Shown: in pieces, positions 1 to 10,110 of the stretch
Layout: each line of letters starts with the position of its first letter
Numbering within the stretch: the first letter of the stretch is position 1
Origin: an uncultured Candidatus Rokubacteria bacterium
GTDB lineage: Bacteria; Methylomirabilota; Methylomirabilia; Rokubacteriales; CSP1-6
DNA length: 64,000 nucleotides
Assembly: GCA_963789955.1 (NCBI GenBank)
Contig: CAWBMV010000022.1
Coordinates: 320,001-384,000 of the forward strand
Direction of reading: 5' to 3'
Notes under the pieces: model-generated
Told to the model about the DNA's origin: nothing
The model's input: the letters and a program-made list of their open reading frames with translations, nothing else
Databases searched by the model: none
Made by a program: the position numbers and the translations under genes

Positions 1-323
1 TTGTGCTCTTGCAGAGACTGGAGGGCTAATCCGCCGTGGCTCCATGCCGCGCCGGCGGCCATGGCCATGGCCACGAATGTCGTCTCCGCGATCTCCGCGT
101 CGGAGGCGCCTGCCGTCGCCGCCTTCTTGGTGTGGGCGTCGATGCACCACGCACACTGCGTGATCTGTGCGATGCCGAGCGCGATCAGCTCCTTCGTTTT
201 GCCCGGGATCGCGCCGTCCTTGAACGCCTTCTGATCGAACTCGAGGAACGAGCGATAGGCCTCCGGCACCAGCTCCCGCATCTTCTTGAACTGAGTCCTC
301 ACGTCGACGCCGTGGAACTGCAT
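1..323 (-). CDS. Carboxymuconolactone decarboxylase / AhpD-like protein (3' end runs off the window)
   Basis: Manual translation from ATG 323 (SD AGGAGG upstream): MQFHGVDVRTQFKKMRELVPEAYRSFLEFDQKAFKDGAIPGKTKELIALGIAQITQCAWCIDAH...; KELIAL...CxxCIDAH is the AhpD/CMD signature. Missing from the ORF track because there is no stop in the window. Confidence 0.85.
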   Translation of the reverse strand, partial: MQFHGVDVRTQFKKMRELVPEAYRSFLEFDQKAFKDGAIPGKTKELIALGIAQITQCAWCIDAHTKKAATAGASDAEIAETTFVAMAMAAGAAWSHGGLALQSLQEH

Positions 324-355
324 GCCTGCCTCCTTTTATCGGCCGCTCGCTGCCA

Positions 356-1474
356 CTACTTCAGGCCGTAGAATCCCTTGGCGCCGCCGCCCAGGATCTG
401 GCGCTTCGTCTCCGCCGACAGCTCGGGCCGGTCGGCGATCAGCTTCGGCGCGCCGGGGAAGAAGCCGTCGGGATGCGGATAGTCGGTCGCCCAGAGGATC
501 TTGTGCGGGCCGATGTAGTCGGCGAGCACCGAGAGGCTGCCCTCGACGGGCTCAAACGAGATCCAGCAGTTGCGCTGGAAGAGCTCGCTCGGGCGCATCG
601 TCAGGCCAGAATCGTTGAAGCCCTGGTCGTCGAAGTGGCGGTTCATCCGGTCGAGCCACGGCGCGATCCAGCCACCGCCCGACTCCATGAAGCCGATGCG
701 CACCTTCGGGTAGCGGTCGCACACGCCTTCCCAGATCACGCTCATCGCCGCCAGCATCATCTCCATCGTGTGCGAGATGATGTGCCGCGCGCCGCGATTG
801 GCGAACCGGTCGACGCCGACCTGCGGCATGCCGCCGCTGGCGCCCTCGTGCAGGCCGATCGCGAAGTCGAGCTCCTCGACCTCCTTCCAGAACGGCGCGT
901 AGTCCGGGTGGTGGAGCATCCGGCCGTTGTACGGGTTCGGGCGCAGGAAGCCGCCGCGCATGCCGAGCTCCTTGCGGGCGAAGCGCATCTCCTCGATGGC
1001 GAATGGGATCGACTGCATCGGCAGCATGGCGACGCCGAAGAGCCGATCGGGGTAGGGCTTGCAGTAGTCGGCGAGCCAGCGGTTGTAGGCACGACACATC
1101 GCGGCGGCGAGCCCGGGGTCCTGAACCGCGCCGCTGAAGAGGCCGATGCTCGGATAGAGGAACGCGGCATCGATGCCGTCGAGGTCCATGTCCGGAATGC
1201 GCGCGTGCGGATCGAAGCCGCCCGGGCGGCCCTCGACGTACTTCATCGTCGCCTCGTTGATCTTGCCGTCGCGGGCGCCGATCCCGCCGATGGCGCCCAT
1301 GCCCTTAGGGCTCCCGAGGACCTTGCCCTCGACGAGCAGACGCTCCTTGCCGTCGGTGTCGATGATCATCTTCGGCGCGCGGTCGCGATACGCGGGATCG
1401 ATGTACTTGTCCCAGATGTCGACCGGTTCGAGGATGTGTCCGTCGGCGTCGATGACGTTGTACGTGCGCGCCAT
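356..1474 (-). CDS. Amidohydrolase family protein (Amidohydro_2)
   Basis: N-terminal IDADGH, central LHEG, ESGGGW and C-terminal WATDYPHPD motifs; SD AAGGGAGG. Confidence 0.9.
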   Translation of the reverse strand: MARTYNVIDADGHILEPVDIWDKYIDPAYRDRAPKMIIDTDGKERLLVEGKVLGSPKGMGAIGGIGARDGKINEATMKYVEGRPGGFDPHARIPDMDLDGIDAAFLYPSIGLFSGAVQDPGLAAAMCRAYNRWLADYCKPYPDRLFGVAMLPMQSIPFAIEEMRFARKELGMRGGFLRPNPYNGRMLHHPDYAPFWKEVEELDFAIGLHEGASGGMPQVGVDRFANRGARHIISHTMEMMLAAMSVIWEGVCDRYPKVRIGFMESGGGWIAPWLDRMNRHFDDQGFNDSGLTMRPSELFQRNCWISFEPVEGSLSVLADYIGPHKILWATDYPHPDGFFPGAPKLIADRPELSAETKRQILGGGAKGFYGLK

Positions 1475-1599
1475 GGTGGTCCTCCCTTGTCGGTCCCCAG
1501 AGGATTGCCCGCCGCCGCGGCGGAGTCAAGGGAGGTCCGGAAGGCTGCTACACTACCCCGCGTCAACGAGACCGCCGTCCCCTCAAACCGGAGGAGACC

Positions 1600-2008
1600 A
1601 TGCTGAGCGTGAAGCCCCTCGTCGTCACCACCGTGCTCCTCGGCCTCCTCGCCGCCGCGCGACCGGCCGCGGCGCAGACGACGCTCACGATGTCCTCGTG
1701 GGTCTCGCACCCGTCGGCGCCGCCGGGCACCTTCGACGCCGTCCGGGACGGTCTGGTCGACGGCCCGGGTCAGATGTTCACCAAGAAGCCGGTGGCGGGT
1801 ATCGGCGACGTGCAGGGACTGAAGATCCGCACCGGTGGCGGGGTCGCCGACGGCGTGTTCTGTCCGCTGGAGTCGATCATCTCCTTCAAGCTCGACACGA
1901 TCGCCTCCTGATCCTACTTGGGCGGCTTGTTCCAGTCTCGTGGTCCGGCTCGTGATCCTGGTCGCGTTCCCGTGGCTCTCGCTCTGGCTGCCGAGCATGA
2001 TGCGGTGA
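1600..2008 (+). pseudogene. Collapsed TRAP transporter operon relic (DctP fragments plus DctM C-terminus)
   Basis: 103-aa ORF with a signal peptide followed by abutting DctP-like blocks (TTLTMSSWVS / HPSAPPGTFDAVRDGLVD / GPGQMFTKKPV..GLKIRTGGGVA / DGVFCPLESIISFKLD); then VVRLVILVAFPWLSLWLPSMMR* (stop 2006-2008), a typical DctM C-terminus. Confidence 0.7.
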
Positions 2009-2039
2009 AGCGTCCCGGCCGGCCGAGGCGACCCTCTAG

Positions 2040-3563
2040 ATGAAGGAGACGATGATGCGAGTGCGTTCCGCCGTCGCGATGCTGATCGCCGTGCTCCCCA
2101 CCGCGGGTTGCGTCACCATCCCGCCGCGCCCCGCCGATCTCACGCAGCTCAGCCTCACCGACGCCGCGACCCTGATCCGCGAGGGCCTGGTGACGAGCGT
2201 CGAGCTGACCCAAGCGTACATCGCGCGCGCCGACGCGAATCCCGGACTCAACGCGTACATCGTCCTGGATCGCGCCGGCGCGATGGCCGCGGCGCGCCGT
2301 GCCGACGCCGATGTCGCGGCCCGCAAATCGCTCGGGACGCTCCACGGGGTGCCGCTGGTCGTGAAGGACAACACGCACGTGGCCGGTCTGCCGAACACGG
2401 CGGGCACGCCGGCCCTCCGCGGCTTCGTCCCGAAGGAGAACGCGCCGACCGTGCAGAAGCTCGTGGACGCCGGCGCGGTCATTCTCGGCAAGACGAACAT
2501 GCACGAGCTCGCCTTCGGGATCTCGGGCTACAACGAGGGATTCTTCACCGCCGAGCCGATCGGAACTCGCAATCCGTACGATCGGACACGCATCGCGGGC
2601 GGCAGCTCCAGCGGGACGGGCGCCGCGATCGGCGGACGACTGGCGCCGGGTGGTCTCGGCAGCGACACCGGCGGCTCGGTCCGGATCCCGGCGGCGCTGT
2701 CCGGCGGCGCCGGGCTGCGGCCGACCATCGGCCGCTACAGCCAGGACGGCGTCACGCCGATCTCGCACTCGCGTGACACGGTCGGCCCCATGGGGCAGAC
2801 GGTCGCGGATGTGGCGCTGCTCGATTCGGTCATCACCGGCGGCCGTCTGCCGGCGCCGGCGCCGGTGAGCGGCGTGAGGCTCGGCGTCTACCGAGGCTAT
2901 TTCTTCAAGGATCTCGACGTCGACACGCGCGCCGTGATGGAAGCGTCGTTCGAGAAGCTCCGGCGGGTCGGCATCACGATCGTCGACGTGGAGATGCCGG
3001 ATCTGCAGAAGGCGAACGACGCGGCCAGCTTCCCGGTCGCGCTCTACGAAGCGTACGACGACCTCAAGGCCTACCTCGCGAAGTACCGGACCGGCCTCAG
3101 CGTCGAGCAGGTCGCCGCCGCGATCGCGAGCAAGGATGTGAAGGCGACGTACGACGGCCTGGTCATACCGCGAAAGCTTCCCGCGCCGAACGGCGTCGTC
3201 GACGCGGCGCCGGCGTACGCGGCGGCGATGCGCGACGCGCGCCCGGCGCTCCTCAAGATCTACACGGACACGTTCCAGCGCTACGGCATCGACGCGCTGG
3301 TCGGCCCGACTACGCCGGCCGTCGCGGCGACGCAGGGCCCCGAGGCGAGCAGCCTGCCGACCTTCCTGCTGTTCATTCGAAACACGGATCCCGGCAGCAA
3401 CGCCGGGATTCCCGGGCTGACGATTCCCGCGGGGCTCGGGTCGTCGTCGGGCCTGCCGGTCGGTATCTCGCTCGACGGACCGCGCGGGAGCGATCAGCGT
3501 TTGCTCGCGATCGGCCTCGCGATCGAGCGCGTGCTCGGCCGGACGCCGCCGCCCGGCCGTTAG
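2040..3563 (+). CDS. Amidase-signature family enzyme (indoleacetamide/mandelamide hydrolase-like), predicted lipoprotein
   Basis: VKDN, GKTNMHELAFG, GGSSSG and GSDTGGSVRIPA (Lys-cisSer-Ser triad motifs); hydrophobic N-terminus ending in TAGC. Confidence 0.9.
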   Translation: MKETMMRVRSAVAMLIAVLPTAGCVTIPPRPADLTQLSLTDAATLIREGLVTSVELTQAYIARADANPGLNAYIVLDRAGAMAAARRADADVAARKSLGTLHGVPLVVKDNTHVAGLPNTAGTPALRGFVPKENAPTVQKLVDAGAVILGKTNMHELAFGISGYNEGFFTAEPIGTRNPYDRTRIAGGSSSGTGAAIGGRLAPGGLGSDTGGSVRIPAALSGGAGLRPTIGRYSQDGVTPISHSRDTVGPMGQTVADVALLDSVITGGRLPAPAPVSGVRLGVYRGYFFKDLDVDTRAVMEASFEKLRRVGITIVDVEMPDLQKANDAASFPVALYEAYDDLKAYLAKYRTGLSVEQVAAAIASKDVKATYDGLVIPRKLPAPNGVVDAAPAYAAAMRDARPALLKIYTDTFQRYGIDALVGPTTPAVAATQGPEASSLPTFLLFIRNTDPGSNAGIPGLTIPAGLGSSSGLPVGISLDGPRGSDQRLLAIGLAIERVLGRTPPPGR

Positions 3564-3580
3564 CGGGGAGGTGGACGACG

Positions 3581-4771
3581 ATGGCATCGCGCACGTCGGT
3601 CCCGGATCCGCAGGACTTCTCGCTCGTCCTCGGCGGCCCGCTCTTTCAGCTCTGGCGTCGGCTGTTCCTGTCCGGCCCGGCGCTGGAGCTTCTGGTGCGG
3701 CGGATGATCGGCGGTCCCACGGTCGCCTGGGTGCCGTTGCTCCTGCTGACCGCGTACCAGGGCCACGCCGTCGGGCATGCCGTCGCCGTTCCGTTCCTGT
3801 GGGACATCGAGGTTCATGCTCGATATCTCGTGGCCCTTCCCATCCTGTTGCTGGCCGAGCTCGCGGTGCATCAACGGATCCGGGTCATGGTCGGACAATT
3901 CGTGGAGACCGGCATCGTCACGCCCGACGTGCTTCCCCAGTTCCGGGCGGCGATCGTCAGGGCCATGCGCCTGCGAAATTCCATGATCGTCGAGATCGCG
4001 ATGGTGGTGTTCGTCTTCGGCTTCGGATGGACGTTCTGGCAAGGTGCGAGCTGGCTCACGCACTCGACCTGGTACGCGATCGTCGACGGTGACCACTATC
4101 GTCTGACGACCGCGGGCCGGTGGTACGTGTACGTGAGCGTCCCGATCTTTCAGTTTCTGCTCCTCCGGTGGTACTTCCGGATCGTCGTCTGGTTTGTCTT
4201 TCTCCGGAGCGTGGCGCGCCTGCCGCTGCGCCTCATCCCGACCCATCCCGACCGAGCGGGGGGGCTGGGGTTTCTGGGGTTGGCTGCTGCCACGTTCGTC
4301 CCGGTCATCGTGGCGCAGAGCGTGACGATCTCCGCCGTCCTCGGAACCCGCATCCTCTTTCACGGCAAGACCCTGGTCGATTTCCAGTACGAGCTGGCGG
4401 CGTTCTTCATCCTGCAGCTCCTCCTGGTTTTGGGGCCGCCGTGCGTGTTCATGGGGCCGCTGCTCGATCTCAAGCGCCGCGGGCGGCGCGAGTATGGGGT
4501 GCTGGCCGCTCGCTACACGTCCGAGTTCCACGCGAAGTGGATCGAGGGGGGCGCGCCGCCCGGCGAGCCGTTGCTGGGCAGCTCCGACATCCAGTCGCTC
4601 GCGGACCTCGCCAACAGCTACACCGTGCTGAGTGAGATGAAACCCGTGCCCTTCGGCCGGGACACGATTGTCATGGTGGTCGGCGGGGCGGCCATTCCGC
4701 TCCTGCCGCTGGTGCTCTCGATCGTGCCGGCGGACGCGATCCTCAAGAGCCTGCTCGGTCTGCTGCTGTAG
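3581..4771 (+). CDS. Hypothetical multi-pass membrane protein
   Basis: 396 aa with several hydrophobic segments, SD GGGGAGG, motif-like HPDRAGGLGFLG and DIQSLADL; follows the amidase by 17 nt. Confidence 0.75.
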   Translation: MASRTSVPDPQDFSLVLGGPLFQLWRRLFLSGPALELLVRRMIGGPTVAWVPLLLLTAYQGHAVGHAVAVPFLWDIEVHARYLVALPILLLAELAVHQRIRVMVGQFVETGIVTPDVLPQFRAAIVRAMRLRNSMIVEIAMVVFVFGFGWTFWQGASWLTHSTWYAIVDGDHYRLTTAGRWYVYVSVPIFQFLLLRWYFRIVVWFVFLRSVARLPLRLIPTHPDRAGGLGFLGLAAATFVPVIVAQSVTISAVLGTRILFHGKTLVDFQYELAAFFILQLLLVLGPPCVFMGPLLDLKRRGRREYGVLAARYTSEFHAKWIEGGAPPGEPLLGSSDIQSLADLANSYTVLSEMKPVPFGRDTIVMVVGGAAIPLLPLVLSIVPADAILKSLLGLLL

Positions 4772-4804
4772 CCGAGCGCCGCGCTTGCCGCAGCTCGGTG
4801 TGCC

Positions 4805-6184
4805 TCATCGAGCCTTGTGAAGCCGCGACGCGATGACGAACGCAGCCAGCGGCGCCGCGACGAAGCTTCCGAAGAGCCAGGACCCGGCGAGCGCCGCCGC
4901 CGGCGGTGACGCGCCCGCGGCCAGGCCGGCGGCGTTGGCGATGACGCCGGAGAGCGCCGCGCCGAGGGCGACGGCGAAGAGCTGGGTGCTCGGAATCATC
5001 GATGCGGTCAGCGCGCCTTCGTCGGGGCGCGCGGACGACAGGATGGCCGTGCCGATGTGGGCCCAGCACGTCCCGATGCCGACGCCGACCAGCATGAGCG
5101 ACCCCGCGATCGCGACGACCGGCCCCGAGGCGATCGTGAAGAAGAGGCCGGCGAATCCGGTCGCGGTCAGGACCGGGCCGAGCATGATCACCGTGTGCGC
5201 CCGCGCCGGCGAGACGCGCGCGCTCAGGAGTGTGCCCGCCGTCCACGACAGCGACTGGACCGCGTAGAGATAGCCCGCGCCCGCGGGTGTCACGTCGTGC
5301 AGCACCTGCACGAGGAGCGGCACGTACACGCCGCCGGGGGTCGTCGACATGCCGAGCAGGAAGACCAGGTAGAACGCCTTGCCGATCCTGGTCCGGAGCG
5401 ACAGCATGCCGGTGGGGAACAGACGGGTCGGCGTCCGGCCGTCGAGACGAAGCATCAGCGCCACGGACCCGACCGCGCCGGCGAACAGTGCGGCGCGCGC
5501 GGTGGTCGCGCGAGTGTTCGCGATCGAGCCGATGCAGAGCACGCTCAGGCAGATGAGCGCGAGCCGCCCGAAGGGCACTCGTGTGGCTCTGGTGTCGTGC
5601 TTCTCGGATCGCGGCAGGATGCGCCACGTGAACGCGCCGGCCACGAGCGCGATCGGCGCCATCACCCAGAACGCCGCGCGCCAGAGCCCGAGCCCGGCGA
5701 GGACACCGCCGACGACGGGTCCGCCGAGCGCGGGGATCGCCCACGCGCACGAGATCGCGGTGAGCATGCGCTGCCACAAGGTCTGGGGAAAGAGCTCGCG
5801 GACCAGGCTGTGCGCCGACGCGATCAGCACACCGCCGCCGAGCCCTTGCACGCCGCGACCCACGACGATCAACGGCATGCTCGGCGCCGTGGCGCAGACC
5901 GCCGCGCCGGCGACGAACACACCGACTGCCAGGAAGACGCCGCGCCGGGTGCCCACCTTGAGCGCGACGACCGAGCTGCCGGCGCTCCCGAGGATCGAGC
6001 CGACCGCGTAGGCGGTCGAGGCCCACGCGTAGATTGCGAGTCCGCCGATCTCGGCGATGGCCGAGGGCAGAATCGTCGCCGTGATGAACGCGCCGAACGC
6101 GGGCGCGAGGATGCTGGAGACGACGACCAGAGCCGAGAGGATGGGCGGCGGCCGATGCGGCGCCGCCTGGGAGCGGGCTTGCAC
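4805..6184 (-). CDS. MFS transporter (DHA2-like, about 14 TM)
   Basis: Many TM helices, GRGVQGLGGG motif and ALGGPVVGG motif-C-like segment. Confidence 0.85.
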   Translation of the reverse strand: MQARSQAAPHRPPPILSALVVVSSILAPAFGAFITATILPSAIAEIGGLAIYAWASTAYAVGSILGSAGSSVVALKVGTRRGVFLAVGVFVAGAAVCATAPSMPLIVVGRGVQGLGGGVLIASAHSLVRELFPQTLWQRMLTAISCAWAIPALGGPVVGGVLAGLGLWRAAFWVMAPIALVAGAFTWRILPRSEKHDTRATRVPFGRLALICLSVLCIGSIANTRATTARAALFAGAVGSVALMLRLDGRTPTRLFPTGMLSLRTRIGKAFYLVFLLGMSTTPGGVYVPLLVQVLHDVTPAGAGYLYAVQSLSWTAGTLLSARVSPARAHTVIMLGPVLTATGFAGLFFTIASGPVVAIAGSLMLVGVGIGTCWAHIGTAILSSARPDEGALTASMIPSTQLFAVALGAALSGVIANAAGLAAGASPPAAALAGSWLFGSFVAAPLAAFVIASRLHKAR

Positions 6185-6237
6185 GGCGGAGACATACCGC
6201 CGGTGTCGGCGGCTGTCAACGATCGCCAGTTAGCGTC

Positions 6238-8211
6238 TCAGCGCAAGAGCCCGCGAAACCAGCCCGCGACGTCGCGGATGACCGGAGCGTCGACCAGCGA
6301 TTCGCACTCCGCCGGCTCGCTGCCCTGACGGAACGCTTCGCTGATCGACTCTTCGCCGTTGCAGGCCCGAAGGCCCGTCGCCGAGTCCACCGGTGTCATG
6401 ACGATGCCGGGCGGCGGCGTGAACGGCGAGGGTGGCGTTGGCGGACCGCCTTCACCATGACGTCGGCCCAGATCGGCAGCGCGATGTCCGCGCCGGCGAG
6501 GCCGATCGCGGCGCGTCGTCGGCACCGACCCAGACGCCCACGACGAGGTCCGGCGTGTAACCGACGAACCACGCGTCGCGCAGGCCGTCCGTCGTGCCGG
6601 TTTTCCCGGCGGTGACTTCCTGCAGGCCCCAGCGCGCGCTCGAGCCGCCGGTACCGCGGCGCATGACGCCGCGCATGAGGTGCGTGACGATGAACGCTGA
6701 TTCGGGCGAGACGACCCGCACGGGTTCCGGCAGCGGCTTGAGCGCGACGGCACCGGCCGAGCCGAGCGTGGTCGGGCGACACTCTGAGCCCGCCGTTCGC
6801 GATCGTCGCGAACGCGGTGGTCATCTCGAGCAAGGTGACTTCCGACGTGCCGAGCGCCAGCGACGGCACCGGAGCCAGCGCGCTGGCGATGCCGGCCGCG
6901 TGGGCGACTTTGGTCACGTAGCCGAGGCCGACGCCCTGCGCGACGGAGCGCCGCCGGCACGTTCAGGGACTGTTCCAGCGCGCGGCGAATGGTGACCGGC
7001 CCGTGAAACTGTCCGTCGATGTTGTGCGGCGACCAGTCGCCCCCGCGCACCGGAATCACGACGGGCTCGTCGTCCACGACGGGTCGACGCGGTGATCTCT
7101 CGCGCGCGCGCCTCGAACGCCGCCAGGTACACGAACGGCTTGAAGAGCGAGCCGGGTTGGCGGCGCGCCCGCGTCGCGCGGTTGAACTCGCTCTGCGCGA
7201 AGCGCCGGCCGCCGACGAGCACGCGGATCTGCCCCGACGCGGGCTCGATCGCGACGACCGCGGCCTGCAGCGAGTTCGCCGGCTGACGCCGCGAGCGCTC
7301 GGCGTGGGCTAGGCGTTCGCGCACCGCCGTCTCGGCCGCGTCTTGCAACCGCCGGTCGAGGCTGGTGACCAGGGTCACGCCGCCCAGCGCCTCGCCGCCA
7401 CGACGCGCGACCTCGCCGCGCACGAGCTCCATGAACCACGGCGCGGCCGCCGCCGCCTTCTGCGCCGGTCGCGTCGGCCGCGTCATGGCGGCTTGCGCCT
7501 CGGTCTCGGTCGCCGCGCCGTCCTTGACCATCGCCTCGAGGACCCGATCGCGCCGGCTCCGGAGCAGCGCCGGCGATTCGACGAAGATGCGGTTCGGCGC
7601 CCGGATCGACGCGGCGAGCAGCGCGATCTCGTCGAGTCGGAGCGACTCGAGGCTCTTGCCGAACAGGTGGCGCGCGCCGGCGCCGACGCCCAGCACCGCG
7701 GCGCCGCGCTCCTGGCCGAGGTACACGGTGTTGAGGTACGTCTCGAGGATCTGGTGCTTCGAGTAGCGAAGCTCGAGCGACGAGCGCGATGGCGATCTCG
7801 CGTGCCTTGCGCCACCACGTCCGCTCTCGGCTCAGAAACAGCCCGCGTGCCAGCTGCTGTGTGATCGTGCTGGCCCCACGGACGACGGAGGCCTCACGGG
7901 CGTTGGTGAGGGCGGCCCGGGCGACCGCCAGCAGATCCACGCCGTGATGACGCATGAACCGGCGGTCCTCGGCGGCGATGACCGCGGCGGGAACGGCCGG
8001 CGGCATGTGCTCGAGCGGAATCCACACCTGGACGCGTCCGCGACTCGCTCTCGAACGCTGTGAGCTCGCGAGCGTCGATGTCCAGATACGTGATCGGCGG
8101 GGGCGCGCCCCTCGGCAGTGACAGCGCCCACCAGCCCCAGGCCAGCACGATCATGCAGACGATCGGCGTGGCCAACACCAGGAGCCCGAGTAGGGTCCGC
8201 GGTCGCCTCAC
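6238..8211 (-). CDS. Class A penicillin-binding protein (GT51 transglycosylase + transpeptidase), multiply frameshifted
   Basis: Fragments in several frames: TM anchor, EDRRFMRHHG, GASTITQQL, RKARE, KHQILETYLN (GT51); PGSLFKPF (SxxK), SLN and KTGTT (transpeptidase). At least five frame changes. Confidence 0.8.
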
Positions 8212-8218
8212 GAGGATC

Positions 8219-8680
8219 TCAGCGCTCGCGCTGCTTGACGACCGAACGTAGAATCGTCGTCGCCAGAGCCTGCGCCACCATCGCCGCCACCGCGACCGCG
8301 GTTCTCGACCCCAGGCCGCCCGTCGTCGGCGCCAGCCGGTCGGGATCTTGGGCGACGCGCTCGAACGCCTGCCCGAATCGGCGAGCCTTCTCCCGGAGCT
8401 CGGCGCCACGTCCGAGCAACGAGCTTCGGCGCCGCGCGCGGACCCGAGCCAATGCGACCGGCGCGGTGACGGCGACCGCGACGACCAGCACGCCGAGCGC
8501 GATCTCGCGCGCGTGCAGCCGGAGCTGGCGCCGCCAGTCGGTCATGTTGTGCCGCCGGCGGTCGAGCTCCATGACGAGCGCGTCGAGCCGCCGCCGGACG
8601 TCGGTAATCTCGTCGCCGAGCTGGCGCACGCGGCCGTTGACCGCGGCGTCGTCGACTACGCGAGTCGTTCCTTGGCCCAT
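8219..8680 (-). CDS. Hypothetical coiled-coil/TM protein (DUF3618-like partner of holin-family genes)
   Basis: From ATG 8680: MGQGTTR...EITDVRRRLDALVMELDRRRH plus one TM; overlaps the upstream holin-like gene end; SD-like AAGGAGG upstream. Confidence 0.65.
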   Translation of the reverse strand: MGQGTTRVVDDAAVNGRVRQLGDEITDVRRRLDALVMELDRRRHNMTDWRRQLRLHAREIALGVLVVAVAVTAPVALARVRARRRSSLLGRGAELREKARRFGQAFERVAQDPDRLAPTTGGLGSRTAVAVAAMVAQALATTILRSVVKQRER

Positions 8681-10101
8681 TGCACTTCCTCCTTCACGAT
8701 CCTTCTGGTAACGGCCAGCGGCGCGCTCACGCGGCGCTGCCATCCAACGAGCGCCAGGACGGCGCCGACCGCGAGCAACAGCCCGGCGACGGCGAGAGCG
8801 GCCAGCCAGCCCGGCATCCAGACGGTCAGCGCGAACACCGCCGAGACCAGGAGCATGTTGACGGCGAATACCGCCACGACGCCGGCGGTGATGAGCAGCG
8901 CCACCATGCTGAGCTCGGCTTTGATGTCGGCCCTGATCTCGGCCCGGGCGAGCTCGACCTCCTTGGTGACCAGCAGCGAGACCGTCTCGATCAGGCGCGT
9001 CAGGAGCTGGCGCGTCGAGAGCGACTGGGTCTCGGGATCGATGGGAGTGTGGAACGTCGTTGATGCCATCACATTCTCCTTCGGCAAGATCACCTCGAGA
9101 ATCTGTCGGTGGCCGCCCAGCGCACGGCCGAGCTGCAGCACCTGCCGATAGATCACCTGCCAGTCGTCGAACGACAGTGGTCGCCGCGCCATCTCGATCG
9201 CGATCTCGTCGAGGCGGACCAGGAGCGGCGACGCGTTCTCGTGCGCGGACGGATTGAGTCGATAGCCCGACCACACTCGCTGGACCTGCCGCTCGATCTC
9301 CTGCGCGTCGGACGACACGGTCTGGAACATGTCGGGGTGCCCGGTGAGGGCCTCGACCGCGAGCGCGTGAGCCTGCGCCGCGACGCCGCTCGGTCCTCGG
9401 AGCAGCAGTGCGTTCGGGTATAGCACAGCTTCGAGCGCGCCGCTTCGGAAGTAGGCCGACTGGTCGGCGACGTAGCCGGTGAACGCGCCCTGTCCGAGAC
9501 GCTGCAGGATCATCGACGGCATCGCGGCCCACCATGGAGGCTCAACCGCCACCATCTTGATGCCGTGGCGATCGAGGGTGTCGAGTACGACCTTGGCCGC
9601 AACCGGGTACGACTCAACGGTCGTCACCAGCGGGACGTACGTGTCGTGGCGTCCGCGCAGCATCGACACGACGCGGAGGGTCGGCACCGTGACCAGCATG
9701 ATCAGGAACGCGACAGAGAGCCCCGCGGTGATCGGCAATCCACGGAGAATGCTCTTGGCGATGCCCTCGCGACGTCCCGACGGAGCATGTACGCCGACCG
9801 TCAGGCCGACCGCGATCGGGACGAGCGCGGCGACGGCGAGCCAGATCTTGCGGACCAGGCCGGGCGGGACCGAGCTCGACAGCGGTACGAAGGCGAAGAC
9901 CCAGAGGGCGGCCTTCGGCGCCACGACGCCGAGCAGCAGGACCGGCCAGGCCGCGGCGGCGGCCATCATGCCCCACAGGAAGAGCTTGCGGTTGCCGGTC
10001 ACGCGGCCGAACAGGCTCACCACCGCCCAGTCGAGCAGCGCCGAGAGGATCCGCCCGACGGTTTGCGTGATGAGACTGACGATCGCCTGGATCAGCGCCA
10101 T
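8656..10101 (-). CDS. Membrane protein with C-terminal phage-holin-family (DUF1469/YqjE-like) domain
   Basis: N-terminal TM region and soluble domain; C-terminal STRQLLTRLIETVSLLVTKEVELARAEI followed by two TMs. Confidence 0.7.
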   Translation of the reverse strand: MALIQAIVSLITQTVGRILSALLDWAVVSLFGRVTGNRKLFLWGMMAAAAAWPVLLLGVVAPKAALWVFAFVPLSSSVPPGLVRKIWLAVAALVPIAVGLTVGVHAPSGRREGIAKSILRGLPITAGLSVAFLIMLVTVPTLRVVSMLRGRHDTYVPLVTTVESYPVAAKVVLDTLDRHGIKMVAVEPPWWAAMPSMILQRLGQGAFTGYVADQSAYFRSGALEAVLYPNALLLRGPSGVAAQAHALAVEALTGHPDMFQTVSSDAQEIERQVQRVWSGYRLNPSAHENASPLLVRLDEIAIEMARRPLSFDDWQVIYRQVLQLGRALGGHRQILEVILPKENVMASTTFHTPIDPETQSLSTRQLLTRLIETVSLLVTKEVELARAEIRADIKAELSMVALLITAGVVAVFAVNMLLVSAVFALTVWMPGWLAALAVAGLLLAVGAVLALVGWQRRVSAPLAVTRRIVKEEVQWAKERLA

Positions 10102-10110
10102 CCACGTTGC

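Noticed and set aside
8656..9069. Holin-family domain as evidence of a prophage
   Set aside because: This family is common in chromosomal stress clusters; no endolysin, structural or integrase genes are present.
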